A stretch of DNA of 64,000 nucleotides from Phycisphaeraceae bacterium (GCA_963674705.1 OY771506.1:800001-864000); one strand, 5' to 3'. Numbered from the stretch's first letter, positions 1 to 10,740 are shown. The notes: a model not told the origin generated them from the sequence alone. Made by a program: numbers and translations.

Positions 1-757
1 CCTGCGGCATGTGTCGGCTAATCGTTGCGACTACCGCTAACAACGCCATGATCAACATAATCAGTAAACCGACCGCCACCCAACCCCAGCCGCGTTTGCC
101 GCTGCGGAACAGGCTGTAAGCGATAGCCCCCACGATTGGGATCGCAACAAGCAGGATGATCAGTGGCCAGTTGGTCCCCACCCGGACGCCGCCGAACTCC
201 AGCATGACTGCTTTGACACCGGAACGGATACCCTCGGCGTAAGCGTCCTGCTTGAAGTACGGGATGATGTCGTTGTCCATAATCCGCACAGCGTCGCCGT
301 CACGTGTTCGGCCGTAACCTGCGCCCAGTTCGATGCGTGCTTTGCGGTCCCGTCGAGCGACCAGCAACAGCACGCCGTTGTTCTCCGGCAAGTTGCCGAT
401 GCCGTAGGTATCGAACAGCCCAGTGGCGAAGGATTCGATGGTCGTCTTCTCGGTAGCCGGGTAATCACGGATCGAATCGATGGTGACGACCGCGAATTCT
501 ACGCCGGTTCTCGATTCGGTCTGCCAAAGCCAGCGTTCTATTTCTTCTTCCTGAGGTTGTGAGAGCAGGCCCGCCAGGTCGGTGACGTAGCCGTTGTCGG
601 GCGCAGGATACGGCGCGAAGTGGCTGGTGTTACGGCCGACTTGTTGTCCCGGCGGCGGACCCGATTCCGTATCGCTCCTCTCTTCCTGCGCAGATGCCGT
701 CGTCGCGCATACCAGCAGTAAGAGGCATAAACACAATCGAAGTAGCGGACTATTCAT
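1..757 (-). CDS. TPM (TLP18.3/Psb32/MOLO-1, YgcG-like) domain membrane protein, 3' end runs off the window
   Basis: Manual translation from ATG at 757: signal peptide, then GYVTDLAGLL...FAVVTIDS...NGVLLLVARRDRKARIELGAGY, then TM helices. Overlaps the stop of the upstream TPM gene. Not in the ORF track because it is partial. Confidence 0.85.
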   Translation of the reverse strand, partial: MNSPLLRLCLCLLLLVCATTASAQEERSDTESGPPPGQQVGRNTSHFAPYPAPDNGYVTDLAGLLSQPQEEEIERWLWQTESRTGVEFAVVTIDSIRDYPATEKTTIESFATGLFDTYGIGNLPENNGVLLLVARRDRKARIELGAGYGRTRDGDAVRIMDNDIIPYFKQDAYAEGIRSGVKAVMLEFGGVRVGTNWPLIILLVAIPIVGAIAYSLFRSGKRGWGWVAVGLLIMLIMALLAVVATISRHMPQ

Positions 758-1199
758 CGTACGCCACCTCGTCCGGTATCTCGTTGATGTCGCCCGGTTG
801 GATCGGGAAGTGTTCCGCGAGGGTGTTGCCGATCGCAATGATCGCCTGTTGCAGTGCGTGACCATGTTGTCCAGCCTTGAAGCCTTCGATGATCTGATCG
901 CGTACCGAATTCCAGTAGTCGTCCTGGACATGCTGATGGATGCCCTGATCACCGTATATGAGTAACTCACGATTGGTGGTCACGATCATGATCATGACGG
1001 CATTACGTTGCGCGGTCTTGTCGAGGCCGTGCTTCCGAAACAACCGGGCCGCCTTGCGGCGCAGATCATCGATGCAATGCCGAACGATCAGCAGCTTGAA
1101 TTCGGCGGAGGTGCGTGATTCAGCCTCGGTGATGGCGCGGCTGACCTGTTCTGATTCCTCAGCGGTAAGGAAGTGCTTGGGATCATGCGAGCGTTTCAT
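750..1199 (-). CDS. TPM domain protein (short partner type)
   Basis: AITEAESRTSAEF...GLDKTAQRNAVMI...IYGDQGIH...HFP...DINEIPD motifs. Confidence 0.85.
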   Translation of the reverse strand: MKRSHDPKHFLTAEESEQVSRAITEAESRTSAEFKLLIVRHCIDDLRRKAARLFRKHGLDKTAQRNAVMIMIVTTNRELLIYGDQGIHQHVQDDYWNSVRDQIIEGFKAGQHGHALQQAIIAIGNTLAEHFPIQPGDINEIPDEVAYDE

Positions 1200-1373
1200 G
1201 GGCCCGGCTCCGGTGTCGATGCAGATAAGACAAGCCCATCTTAATCGACTTTCAACCCAAGTGCTTTGTTCAAGATCTGCTGTACACGCTGTCAGAGAAA
1301 TAGCGGAAATTGGATAACCGCTTGATTACGCCCTACATTCGTACAGGTTTAGCTAGAATTGAAGGACGGGTAT

Positions 1374-2594
1374 ATGGCCGAGACAAGAACGATCCATGCA
1401 ATTGAAGCCGATGCCGGCGCGGAATTTATCAGCTACGGTCCGACGGACGGCGGGGCCGTCGACATCGCTGAGAGCTTCGGCCGGTACGAGGTGGAATACG
1501 CTGCCATTCGCCAGCGGGTCGGGATCATGCACCTGCCACAGCGTGCCCTGCTGAACTTCACGGGCGCAGACCGGCAAGACTTCCTGCACCGGATGGTCAC
1601 GCAGAACATCAACGCGCTGAAAGGTGGCGCGACGGTGCGGTCGTTTCAGTTGAACCAGAAGGGTCGCATCCTGGCTGACATGCTGGTGCATCACGGCGAT
1701 GAAAACACGTGGTTGGAGATGGACCGTTTCGACCTGCCAACCGTTCAGAACCTGTATGAATCGCACCTCTTTGCTGACGACGTTGTGATCGAAGACTGGA
1801 CCGAAAAGCGTACGGCGTTAGCCCTACACGGGCCGAGTTCGGTTGAACTGCTTCGTGTGGTATGCGAAGAAGACCCGCAGCCCATGGCGGACATGCCCGG
1901 GACGCATCATGTGCTGACGCTCAAGGGCGCGAGAGTGACGGTGTATCGACATGACGTATGTGGATCGCCCGGCTTTGGGTTGTGGGTACCGAGCGAACAT
2001 GGGGCGGAGGTTTACGAGGCTTTGTTAACGGCGGCGGGATACGAGGCGGATGTGCCCGATCAACAGACGGACCCGCAGCAGGCGGCAGCGTTCGCGCAGC
2101 GGCGGCGAGAGAGTTTGCGTGGCCGGCCCGTGGGTTGGTCGGCGTTTAACACGGCAAGGATCGAGGCGGGCTCACCGATCTTTCATATCGACTTCGGTCA
2201 CGACTCGCTGCCGGCGGAGACGGGCGTGCTGGAGGAGGCGGTGAGTTTCACGAAGGGCTGCTATCTCGGGCAGGAGATCGTGGCGAGGATCCACAGCCAG
2301 GGGCATCCGAAGCGGTTGCTGGTGGGATTGCGTGTCAAGGGGGATGACCTGCCTGTTGCCGGGGCCCAGGTGTTGGAGGTGGGCAATGCCGATGAAACCG
2401 GTCACCCGAGTACGACACAGAACATCATCGGCGGTGTGACCAGTTCGGCGGTCTCCCCGGTTCTGGGCCAGCGGCCGGTGGTGTTTGCGGTGATGAAGTG
2501 GGGATACCACACGCCGGGCAGCCGCGTGCTGATCCCGACAGAGGGCGGCCTGGTCGAAGCCGAGGTGCAGGGGCTTAGGTTCCTGGATAGCTGA
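1374..2594 (+). CDS. ygfZ: YgfZ/GcvT-family folate-binding protein
   Basis: Signature SFTKGCYLGQE; GADRQDFLHRMVTQ; likely ATG at 1374. Confidence 0.85.
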   Translation: MAETRTIHAIEADAGAEFISYGPTDGGAVDIAESFGRYEVEYAAIRQRVGIMHLPQRALLNFTGADRQDFLHRMVTQNINALKGGATVRSFQLNQKGRILADMLVHHGDENTWLEMDRFDLPTVQNLYESHLFADDVVIEDWTEKRTALALHGPSSVELLRVVCEEDPQPMADMPGTHHVLTLKGARVTVYRHDVCGSPGFGLWVPSEHGAEVYEALLTAAGYEADVPDQQTDPQQAAAFAQRRRESLRGRPVGWSAFNTARIEAGSPIFHIDFGHDSLPAETGVLEEAVSFTKGCYLGQEIVARIHSQGHPKRLLVGLRVKGDDLPVAGAQVLEVGNADETGHPSTTQNIIGGVTSSAVSPVLGQRPVVFAVMKWGYHTPGSRVLIPTEGGLVEAEVQGLRFLDS

Positions 2595-2774
2595 TTAGCC
2601 TGTTAAGGTAGGCAAAAACATAAAGTCCGATATTTTCAGGCCCGGGAACACTTGAGGCCTCGGCACGTCTATTATTACTAGAGACCAAAGAAGCATCAGC
2701 CGTCGAAGTTACGGGCCAAAGGCCCGTGATGTCGATATGGTATTAGTGACATGTATCCAGGAAGCAGGCGGGGT

Positions 2775-3275
2775 ATGAATCAGCAGGCCTATCAGATTGA
2801 ACGGGACAAACGGGTACTGGTCGCCCGCCCTACCCGCAGCGAATGCAGCGGCAGTGATATCGCGGCGTTGATCGTGGAATTGTGCCAGCGGATCAATGAG
2901 GGCGAAGCGGACAGCGTCGTGATCGAGCTGAGCAACGTGCAGCACATGGACTCGGCGTGCATCGGGAAACTGCTTGGGCTGCGTGGACATACGCACGTGG
3001 TCGGCGGATCGGTCGCGCTGGCGGGTTGTCAGCCGAACGTCGAGTTTCTTTTCAAGATGACCCGGCTGGACAAGGTGTTCGGAATTTATGCGTCGACCGA
3101 GTTGGCGGTGGCGGAACTGCGAGAGCGGCGGACGCGGCCGAAGCCGGCGGCTCTGGAGGATGAGTCAGCGGACGGGCATCGTAACAGACAGTATGCCCCC
3201 CTGCTGAACGCCTTATTGCGTGCCCATCAGCGCAGACGGGCTCATGCGGGCGACCTGCGGCAACATGGGGCCTGA
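2775..3275 (+). CDS. STAS-domain anti-sigma factor antagonist with C-terminal extension
   Basis: VIELSNVQHMDSACIGKL...LFKMTRLDKVF. Confidence 0.8.
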   Translation: MNQQAYQIERDKRVLVARPTRSECSGSDIAALIVELCQRINEGEADSVVIELSNVQHMDSACIGKLLGLRGHTHVVGGSVALAGCQPNVEFLFKMTRLDKVFGIYASTELAVAELRERRTRPKPAALEDESADGHRNRQYAPLLNALLRAHQRRRAHAGDLRQHGA

Positions 3276-3425
3276 ATAACGGGCTTGTCGATCCGGCGGA
3301 TTCTTACGATTAGGCAAACAGACCAAACAGGATAATTGAGGCAAGGCTAGCTTTGACCTCAGCCTGTCTCATGGACGATCCGATAAAAGTGTGCGAGGCG
3401 GTACTTTGCTTTGAGGGTGTATGAG

Positions 3426-3779
3426 ATGTCTATGCTCCCAAATGGCTTTGAAGTTGAACAAGCTGGTCACCTGGTCACGGCACACCTACGCGCTGCCGAA
3501 GTCGCTCACGACGACATGCAGGCGCTGGTGCAGGAATGCATCGAGAAAATCCGCTACGACAAGGCCCAGAACTTCGTGTTCGATCTGGAACAGGTCGAGT
3601 TCCTGGCATCTGCGTGCATCGGATCGCTGGTGGAGTTCCTGCAGGAGGTCGAGCACTGCCGGGGGCAGATCGCGCTGGTGAATTGCCAGGAGAATGTTGC
3701 GTTCCTGTTCAAGGTGACCCGGCTGGACCAGGTGTTCCCGATGTACGACGACATCGAGGAAGCGATCGAGAATTTGTAA
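3426..3779 (+). CDS. STAS-domain anti-sigma factor antagonist
   Basis: FDLEQVEFLASACIGSL...LFKVTRLDQVFPMYDDIEEA. Confidence 0.85.
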   Translation: MSMLPNGFEVEQAGHLVTAHLRAAEVAHDDMQALVQECIEKIRYDKAQNFVFDLEQVEFLASACIGSLVEFLQEVEHCRGQIALVNCQENVAFLFKVTRLDQVFPMYDDIEEAIENL

Positions 3780-3945
3780 TCCGAGATTTGGGGGACCATA
3801 TCGGGGTCCGATAGTGCGTGGGGTTGAACAAGTCTTGCGCTATTGAATCACAGTAAATCACGAGCGTTGGTCCACTTCACCCGGTTTTTGGCCGAAGTTG
3901 TTGATGAGTGTCTATCCCAAGGCCAAGGTTATCGGGTGAACGATC

Positions 3946-4890
3946 ATGACAAAGCGATCCAGCTCTGAAGCAGGCGAAGACCAGCGATCCAAAGGTTCCA
4001 AGAAAAAGGGACGGCTTGGCAAGATCATCAAGCGCACGCTGATCATTGGCGTGTCAGTGGTATTGCTGATTGTGGGAACCACATACTTCCTGGCGCAATC
4101 TGAACCAGGTTATTGGAAAGAACACCAGCGGTTCATTACCGAAACCTCACCAACACGCATGCAGGCATTGGCTGACGAGGTTGAAGCGAAGATCGACGAG
4201 TTATCCAACCTTGGTCTGGAAGAGGCACAGGACAACCGGGGCGAAGTTGAATCGTGGATGCAGTCATTGACAAGGCCGACGGAACGCGTGGCCGATAGCG
4301 GAGATGACACAGAAGCAGGGCAAAATGAGGAACAGGACACGATCAAGCCGGAAGACGTAAAGATCAATGTCGAAAAAACGCTTACGCTCACGAACGAACA
4401 ACTCGCGGCAATCGTTGAAACGCGTTTTGATGAATGGATGAGTGAACGGGGTTACGAACGGCCAAAGGAAGTGCAGGACCCGATGGTCGTGGTTAGAGAC
4501 GGCGATCTTGTGATGGCGTTCCGCCTGGAGTCCGGTTCGTTTAGCGCGGTCATTTCAGGCAAATTCTTCGTCGAGATTCTGGACAACGGCATGGCGGAAT
4601 TAACGCTGCGCCGTTTCCAGGTCGGACAGTTACCCGTGCCTTCGGACATGCTCGGCGAACACCTGCGCAAAGCCTCGGGCGGAGATTCGCGGATGCAGCA
4701 GATTGGCGAGTGGTTGGGCAAACTGCAATTCATCGAAGTCAAGCCAGTGCTCGAAATCGAAAACCGACGACGCGCACGGGTGATGGATTACAAGATCGTC
4801 AACGACGGTTTGGAACTGACGGTGCGCGTGCAGGACTACAAGACGTATAAGTCAATGAACGAGGCGCTGGCAGATGTCCCGACGTATTGA
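3946..4890 (+). CDS. Hypothetical protein with N-terminal membrane anchor
   Basis: 314-aa ORF with a basic N-terminus followed by one hydrophobic helix. Confidence 0.75.
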   Translation: MTKRSSSEAGEDQRSKGSKKKGRLGKIIKRTLIIGVSVVLLIVGTTYFLAQSEPGYWKEHQRFITETSPTRMQALADEVEAKIDELSNLGLEEAQDNRGEVESWMQSLTRPTERVADSGDDTEAGQNEEQDTIKPEDVKINVEKTLTLTNEQLAAIVETRFDEWMSERGYERPKEVQDPMVVVRDGDLVMAFRLESGSFSAVISGKFFVEILDNGMAELTLRRFQVGQLPVPSDMLGEHLRKASGGDSRMQQIGEWLGKLQFIEVKPVLEIENRRRARVMDYKIVNDGLELTVRVQDYKTYKSMNEALADVPTY

Positions 4891-5116
4891 TTCAACCCGT
4901 TCGCCGCAAAGCGTGCTTGTGTGAATCGTGTTTCCCACAAGCATGTATTGCCTCAAGTCTACTCAGACACATCATTTGTAAATATTATTTCACACCGGTT
5001 GAATTGGCCGACCAACAGAGGATATGATTATCTTGACACCGGGTGGCCATTGCGGCTGTCCGGGCATTTTGGTCGATCAGGTATCCAAACACATGTAGAA
5101 AAAGGAGGGAAGTAAG

Positions 5117-5656
5117 ATGCTTAGAACTATCCCATGCGCAGTACTGTGTGTTGTGATGACCTCTGCGAGTTACGGTTCGATCCTAGCTGGACCAACGGTC
5201 AATCCCGCGAACAATCACGTCTATTACCTGTTGGATATGACAAGCTGGACAAGCAGCGAAGCAGAAGCCGTATCGCTTGGTGGACACTTGGCGACAATCA
5301 ACGATGCCGCGGAAAACGCATGGGTGTTGAATACTTTCGGGCCACTGGTTTCGCGAAGCCTGTGGATCGGATTCAACGATGTTGCGGTGGAGGGCACGTT
5401 CGAATGGACGAGTGGCGAAGCCGTGACCTATACCAATTGGAACACGGGTGAACCGAACAACGGCGGTAGCGTGGTCGGCAACGAAGACTACACCGCCATC
5501 CTCGGTATGAGTTCACCTTACCCCGGCTACTGGAACGATACGATCAACGTCAGCGGCAACGGCATCGGCGAATACGGCGTGGTCGAGATCCCCGAGCCGG
5601 GAGCGGTGGTGATGTTAATGGTTTGTGGGATGGTGCTGATGGCGCGGCGAGGGTAG
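5117..5656 (+). CDS. C-type lectin domain protein with PEP-CTERM sorting signal
   Basis: GGHLATINDAAEN, WIGFND, YTNWNTGEPNN, WND; C-terminal IPEP-TM-RR; AGGAGG RBS upstream. Confidence 0.9.
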   Translation: MLRTIPCAVLCVVMTSASYGSILAGPTVNPANNHVYYLLDMTSWTSSEAEAVSLGGHLATINDAAENAWVLNTFGPLVSRSLWIGFNDVAVEGTFEWTSGEAVTYTNWNTGEPNNGGSVVGNEDYTAILGMSSPYPGYWNDTINVSGNGIGEYGVVEIPEPGAVVMLMVCGMVLMARRG

Positions 5657-5717
5657 GTACCGTTGGTTAGTGGCTGGTGATGGATGAGGGGCTGGGTACG
5701 TATGATCGTGCCAATCC

Positions 5718-7793
5718 TCACGCAGATCGTCTGCGTGATAATATTGTCATACCAAATCCACACATACAAATAGTTGCTGGTTCAGGAACCATTTCGAGAA
5801 CTTGTGTGGGCGGAGCTGATCCACTGTTCCAGTTTTGCAGCAGCACATCGAGATCGTCGAGGCCGATGTAGCCGTCGCCGGAGATGTCGCCGGAAGATAG
5901 ATCGGCTAAGCCGACGTTTTGGTTCCAATTCAGCAATAGTGTGTCGAGATCGTCGAGGCTGACGAAGCCGTCGGCGTTGAGGTCGCCGGGGACGTAGTCC
6001 CAGTTGAGCGTGACCATGACGGCGTTGGATGTGTAGGCGACGTCAATGAGGCCTTCGTACATGGCGAGGCCGGTGATATGTTCGAACTGGCCGGTGAGTG
6101 TTCCTTGTAGGGATTCAATTACCGTGTAAGTTCCGGAGATCACAGGACCGACAGCCTGCAGGTCCATGATCGTCCCGGTCAAACTGATATCGATGTTTCC
6201 GGATACGTTGACCTGATCGCTCGTGTTGGCTTCGCCGCCGATCTCGATCCCAACGGTGCCGCCATTGATTTCGTAGTCGCCAAAAATGTCGGTTAATCCG
6301 ATCCCGTCCGCCGGCGCAAAGGTTCCGCCGTTCTGCACGAATGGAGCTTTGAGGTTGATGCTACCCACGCCGCGAAGTTCACCAGATAAGAAACTGAAGT
6401 TGGCAATACCCCCGCCGGCCACCAGCCGCCCACCGTGCAAACTTAAAGAGCCACCGGTTACATTCAAAGTGCCCTCAGAATAGTAGCCCTTACCAATAAA
6501 GACATCCCCAAAAACCTCAACATGGCTCAGCGGACCGATCCCAACACTCCCGACACCTGACTCACCCACGACCAAATCATCCCCGCTGGAGATGCTCGAA
6601 CCCGCTCCGCTGACAACCAACTCACCGCGCGAGCCCGGGTCCTGCCCGAGTGTGATGCCGTAAAGATGCGTTTCGAGGGTCGCGCCATTCTCAACGAGTA
6701 ATTGCCCCTGCCCCGCCTCGCCCACTACCAACTCTCTTGTATCAATCCACCGTGATTCGGCACCACTGAGGGTCACCTGGCCAACCGATTCTTGCTCATA
6801 ACCGATACGCGCGCCGTGGCAGTAAAGCAGGCTCCCGCCTGACACGTTTATGTGGGCTTCACCCGAGTAGCCGACCATCAGAATCCCCCCGCTGATATTC
6901 AGTGCGCTGTGGTCACTGACATTCACGATGCCGATCGCGTCGGCGTAGTAACCGACATAGCCCATCCTTTGGTTTACCTCGGCGTGATCGGTCACATCCA
7001 ACGTCCCGACGCCGGCGTTGCCCACGTAAAGATCGGATGCCCCGTTACCTCCCCATAACGAGCCCTCGCCGGTGACCAAGGCATACCCGACCGCCGAGTA
7101 GCCATACCCAACGTAGGCTCCCGCACCACAGGTCACGACACCCCCCGCTTCGATCGTTAAGCTGCCGTTGCCGAATCGGCCGGCCTGCATTTCACCTGTC
7201 GCGGTCCAGGTAGAGCCGGGGCCCGACACGAGAACGCTTGAGGTCGATGACTTTAGTCCAGCAATCCATCCGTTGTTGCTTGTGAGCAGCCCGCTGTTTT
7301 CAACAGTCAGTGTTGATGGGCCTTCCTGCCCTACCAGAACCGTGTACAGCGTGTTGAGCCTGGACCCCGCACCCGACACGAGAACGTTGCTTGATGAGCC
7401 TTCAAATGCGGAAAAGACCACCCCGCCGTAGCCGATGACACCGCCATCTAAAAGGTTTAATTCACCATGGCCGTAACGACCGACGGTCATCGCATATCGA
7501 TTAGCCCATGCGGCATCAGGCCCTGTGATCGTCACGATGCCGGTCGTCCCCGCATCCTTGCCGATCACACCGTGCGTGCTGGACACGTGACTGCTGCCAC
7601 TGACGGTCATCTGCCCGTCGCCCGCCGCACCCACTTCAAGGGGTTCGGACACCTCCCAGGGATCATCACCGGTATATGCAGGATCAAGATTGCCGGACAC
7701 ACTGATAGATGCGAAAGCCGAAGTGAAGGTATTCAGTAGTACGACACCACCCAAAAGTATTGCGGCAATCCGCCTCAATTCGTGAGCAATCAA
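5718..7793 (-). CDS. Secreted beta-strand-repeat protein with dockerin-like EF-hand pair and PEP-CTERM
   Basis: Repeated VG..G.G.L.V..GG / V.G.GS.W units; GDLNADGFVSLDDLD and GDISGDGYIGLDDLD; C-terminal VPEP-TM-RRR. Confidence 0.85.
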   Translation of the reverse strand: MIAHELRRIAAILLGGVVLLNTFTSAFASISVSGNLDPAYTGDDPWEVSEPLEVGAAGDGQMTVSGSSHVSSTHGVIGKDAGTTGIVTITGPDAAWANRYAMTVGRYGHGELNLLDGGVIGYGGVVFSAFEGSSSNVLVSGAGSRLNTLYTVLVGQEGPSTLTVENSGLLTSNNGWIAGLKSSTSSVLVSGPGSTWTATGEMQAGRFGNGSLTIEAGGVVTCGAGAYVGYGYSAVGYALVTGEGSLWGGNGASDLYVGNAGVGTLDVTDHAEVNQRMGYVGYYADAIGIVNVSDHSALNISGGILMVGYSGEAHINVSGGSLLYCHGARIGYEQESVGQVTLSGAESRWIDTRELVVGEAGQGQLLVENGATLETHLYGITLGQDPGSRGELVVSGAGSSISSGDDLVVGESGVGSVGIGPLSHVEVFGDVFIGKGYYSEGTLNVTGGSLSLHGGRLVAGGGIANFSFLSGELRGVGSINLKAPFVQNGGTFAPADGIGLTDIFGDYEINGGTVGIEIGGEANTSDQVNVSGNIDISLTGTIMDLQAVGPVISGTYTVIESLQGTLTGQFEHITGLAMYEGLIDVAYTSNAVMVTLNWDYVPGDLNADGFVSLDDLDTLLLNWNQNVGLADLSSGDISGDGYIGLDDLDVLLQNWNSGSAPPTQVLEMVPEPATICMCGFGMTILSRRRSA

Positions 7794-7924
7794 TGCACAC
7801 CCCCAGCCATGAAGGTAAGTTGAAATTTACTAACCACACACCGCTAAATCATATCGCATCCGCATGGACCGATACAAGCTTTAATCAATCTTCTACAATT
7901 TGCATGAGACGTTATGAACTAAGA

Positions 7925-8980
7925 CTAAAACCCGTGTGTCGACACAAAATGCCCGGGTTCGCTTGGTACTTCCTGTAAAGGTGGGCGGTCCAGGAGGCTT
8001 TGGCGGGTGATGTAGGTGATGCCGGCGTCGGTGTGTTCGTTGGGGCCGGTGGCTTTGGATGTGGGGTTGTCTGATTCTTTGAAGAAGTGAATCGGGCTGG
8101 GTACGTCGCCTTCTAGCATGATGCGTTGTTTTTTGCCGGTTGGTTGCGGGTTCGGCGCGGCGCTTAACAGCGCGCGCGTGTAGGGGTGCATCGGGTTGCG
8201 GTAGAGTGTGTCGCGGTCGGCGAGCTCAACGATCCTTCCTAAATACATCACAGCTACGCGGTCGCAGAAGTGTTCGACAACGGCAAGATTGTGCGCGATG
8301 AACAGATACGACAAACCAAACTCATCCTGAAGGTCGGCGAGCAGGTTGAGGATCTGCGATTGGATGGAGACGTCGAGCGCGGAAACAGGCTCATCGCAGA
8401 CGACGAACTTGGGCTCGAGCGCGAGGGCTCGCGCGATGCCGATGCGTTGGCGCTGGCCGCCGGAGAATTCGTGCGGGTATCGGTAGGCGTGGTCGGGTTC
8501 GAGGCCCACTTTTTGAAGAAGCGTAGCGACGCGGTCGCGCAGCTCAGAACCCTTGGCAAGTTTATGCACGATGATGGGTTCGCCGATGATTCGGCCGACG
8601 GTCATGCGAGGGTTCAGCGAGCCGACGGGGTCCTGGAAGATGATCTGCATTTCCTGGCGGAGTTTTTTGAGTTGGCCGCCGCCCATACCCCGGACGTCTT
8701 TGCCTTGGAAGGTGATGGACCCGCTGGTCGCGGGGATGAGCCGGAGGATGGTCCTGCCGACGGTGCTCTTGCCGCAACCGGATTCGCCGACAAGCCCGAG
8801 CGTTTCGCGTTTGCCGATATCAAAAGAGACGTTGTCCACCGCCCGGACCTCACCGACGATGCGTCGCATCAGGCCGCGCTTCACGGGGAAGTAGGTTTTC
8901 AGTTCCTTGACGCTGAGGATCGGCTGATCCTTCGGCGAAGCTTCGGCCGCGGGCGGGGTCTGGGTGGCGGTGGCTGTCAT
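7925..8980 (-). CDS. Oligopeptide/dipeptide ABC transporter ATP-binding subunit (OppF/AppF-like)
   Basis: GESGCGKST, FSGGQRQR, CDEPVSALD, HPYTRALL. Confidence 0.93.
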   Translation of the reverse strand: MTATATQTPPAAEASPKDQPILSVKELKTYFPVKRGLMRRIVGEVRAVDNVSFDIGKRETLGLVGESGCGKSTVGRTILRLIPATSGSITFQGKDVRGMGGGQLKKLRQEMQIIFQDPVGSLNPRMTVGRIIGEPIIVHKLAKGSELRDRVATLLQKVGLEPDHAYRYPHEFSGGQRQRIGIARALALEPKFVVCDEPVSALDVSIQSQILNLLADLQDEFGLSYLFIAHNLAVVEHFCDRVAVMYLGRIVELADRDTLYRNPMHPYTRALLSAAPNPQPTGKKQRIMLEGDVPSPIHFFKESDNPTSKATGPNEHTDAGITYITRQSLLDRPPLQEVPSEPGHFVSTHGF

Positions 8981-9020
8981 GGGGATAGTTTAGGGGAAAA
9001 ACAGTAAAGCAGAAAATGTG

Positions 9021-9078
9021 AAAAGCAGAAAATAAGGCTCCTGCCCGTGACGAGCGATTTGCCTTATTTTCTGCTTTT
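9021..9078. repeat. 18-bp inverted repeat (possible terminator or REP-like element) within AAAGCAGA-type short repeats
   Basis: AAAAGCAGAAAATAAGGC (9021-9038) pairs with GCCTTATTTTCTGCTTTT (9061-9078); similar TTTTCTGC units recur at about 43090-43130. Confidence 0.7.
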
Positions 9079-9105
9079 CTGTTGTTCTGATTTCCTGCTT
9101 TTGTC

Positions 9106-10740
9106 TTATTCCTCCGGCAACTGCAGCACGATGAACAGGGAGACGTAGGCCTTGCTGGCGGCGTCCCAGGTCTTGACGCGGACACGGATGCCTTCGGTGA
9201 TGTCGTGCTCAGCGATAGCGTCGACCAGCTCTTCGATGGTTGCGACGGGCTTGTTCATGACGTGGGTGATGATCATGCCGGGCTGCAAACGTTCGGCGGC
9301 GGCATAGGAGTTACGGCGGATCGATGTGATCTTCACGCCGGGTATGAAGTCGATACCAAGTTGCTTGGCGTTGTCTTCTGTGAAGTCCTGCAGGCCTGCG
9401 ACACCGAGCTTGCGCAGGGTGGTCATGCCTGCAGCATCTTCTTCTATCTGCTGCTGCTCGGGTTGCGAACGGAAAGCGACTGCATTCTCGGGGAACTCAC
9501 CGAGCGTGACATCCACGGTCTGCAGGTCACCGTTGCGGAATAGCTGCACTTCGACTTCCGCGCCGGGCTCGAAGTCGGCAACCATGCTGCGAAGGATGGC
9601 GATGGTTGGTGTGGGTTGGCCGTCAACCTTGGTGATGATGTCACCGCTCTGGATACCTGCCTTGTCGGCCGGGCCACCGGCGTTGACGTCGCTGACAAGC
9701 ACGCCATCACCATCGAAGCCGAAGGTCTTGGCCATGTTCTTGTCGAGGTCTTCAGCGGGTAAGGAGATGCCGAGGAAACCACGGCGGACAGAGCCGTCTT
9801 CGATGATACGGTCGGCGATGCCGGTGACCATATCGACGGGGATGGCAAAGCCGAGGCCGACGAACGTACCGTTACCCGGAGTCATCGGGCTATTGCCTGC
9901 GGCGATCGCGGTGTTCATGCCGACGACTTCGCCGTAGATGTTGGTCAGCGGTCCGCCGGAGTTGCCGGGGTTGATCATGGCGTCTGTCTGGATGAAGTTC
10001 TCATAGCCGCCGCCGCGCACACGGATGATGCCCAATTCACGACCTGTGGCGGAGATGATGCCCTGGCTCATGGAGAAGTCGAAGCTCAGAGGCGAACCGA
10101 ACGCAAAGACGATATCGCCCTGCTGCACGTCTTCCTTGGCGATCCCCGCGGGGATCAGGTCGTCGGCATCAACGGTCAGTACTGCCACGTCTGTACGTTC
10201 ATCGGTGTTCAACACCTTGGCTTCGTACTCAGCGCCGTCATGGAAACGGACTTTGATCTGGTCGGCGTTGCGCACGACGTGATTGTTGGTGATGATGTAG
10301 TCCTGGAACTTGTCGGGATCGTTCGGGTCGTGATGACGATAGACCCAGCCGGAGCCGGAACCGATTGGGCGGAGGGGTTGATATTTGTCGTAACGGTCGT
10401 TGTTGCGAGGTGTTTGCTCGCCGTCGGGTATTTCCAGATCCCTGAAGTGCTCCTGGAGGTCCGGTCGCAGTTGACGGAGTAATTCGTGCGGGTCGTTGTC
10501 GGTGCGTGCCAAAACGCGGATGGCTACGACACTCGGTTCAACCACCTGGGATACATCCCGGAAAGAATTACTGAGTTCGGCGAGAAAAGAACTGTTCTTG
10601 AGGGACTCACTGATGACCTGAACACGGGCGTTCCGGTGCTGGTAGGCGATATCACGCGCTACACCGGGGCCCAGGATCATGATCAACAGGACGGTTATCA
10701 ACAGGACGACGGTCGGTCCGTACCAGCGTATTCTTGACAT
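9106..10740 (-). CDS. HtrA/DegP-family serine protease with two PDZ domains
   Basis: Catalytic triad motifs TNNHV, TDVAV, PGNSGGPL; N-terminal TM. Confidence 0.93.
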   Translation of the reverse strand: MSRIRWYGPTVVLLITVLLIMILGPGVARDIAYQHRNARVQVISESLKNSSFLAELSNSFRDVSQVVEPSVVAIRVLARTDNDPHELLRQLRPDLQEHFRDLEIPDGEQTPRNNDRYDKYQPLRPIGSGSGWVYRHHDPNDPDKFQDYIITNNHVVRNADQIKVRFHDGAEYEAKVLNTDERTDVAVLTVDADDLIPAGIAKEDVQQGDIVFAFGSPLSFDFSMSQGIISATGRELGIIRVRGGGYENFIQTDAMINPGNSGGPLTNIYGEVVGMNTAIAAGNSPMTPGNGTFVGLGFAIPVDMVTGIADRIIEDGSVRRGFLGISLPAEDLDKNMAKTFGFDGDGVLVSDVNAGGPADKAGIQSGDIITKVDGQPTPTIAILRSMVADFEPGAEVEVQLFRNGDLQTVDVTLGEFPENAVAFRSQPEQQQIEEDAAGMTTLRKLGVAGLQDFTEDNAKQLGIDFIPGVKITSIRRNSYAAAERLQPGMIITHVMNKPVATIEELVDAIAEHDITEGIRVRVKTWDAASKAYVSLFIVLQLPEE

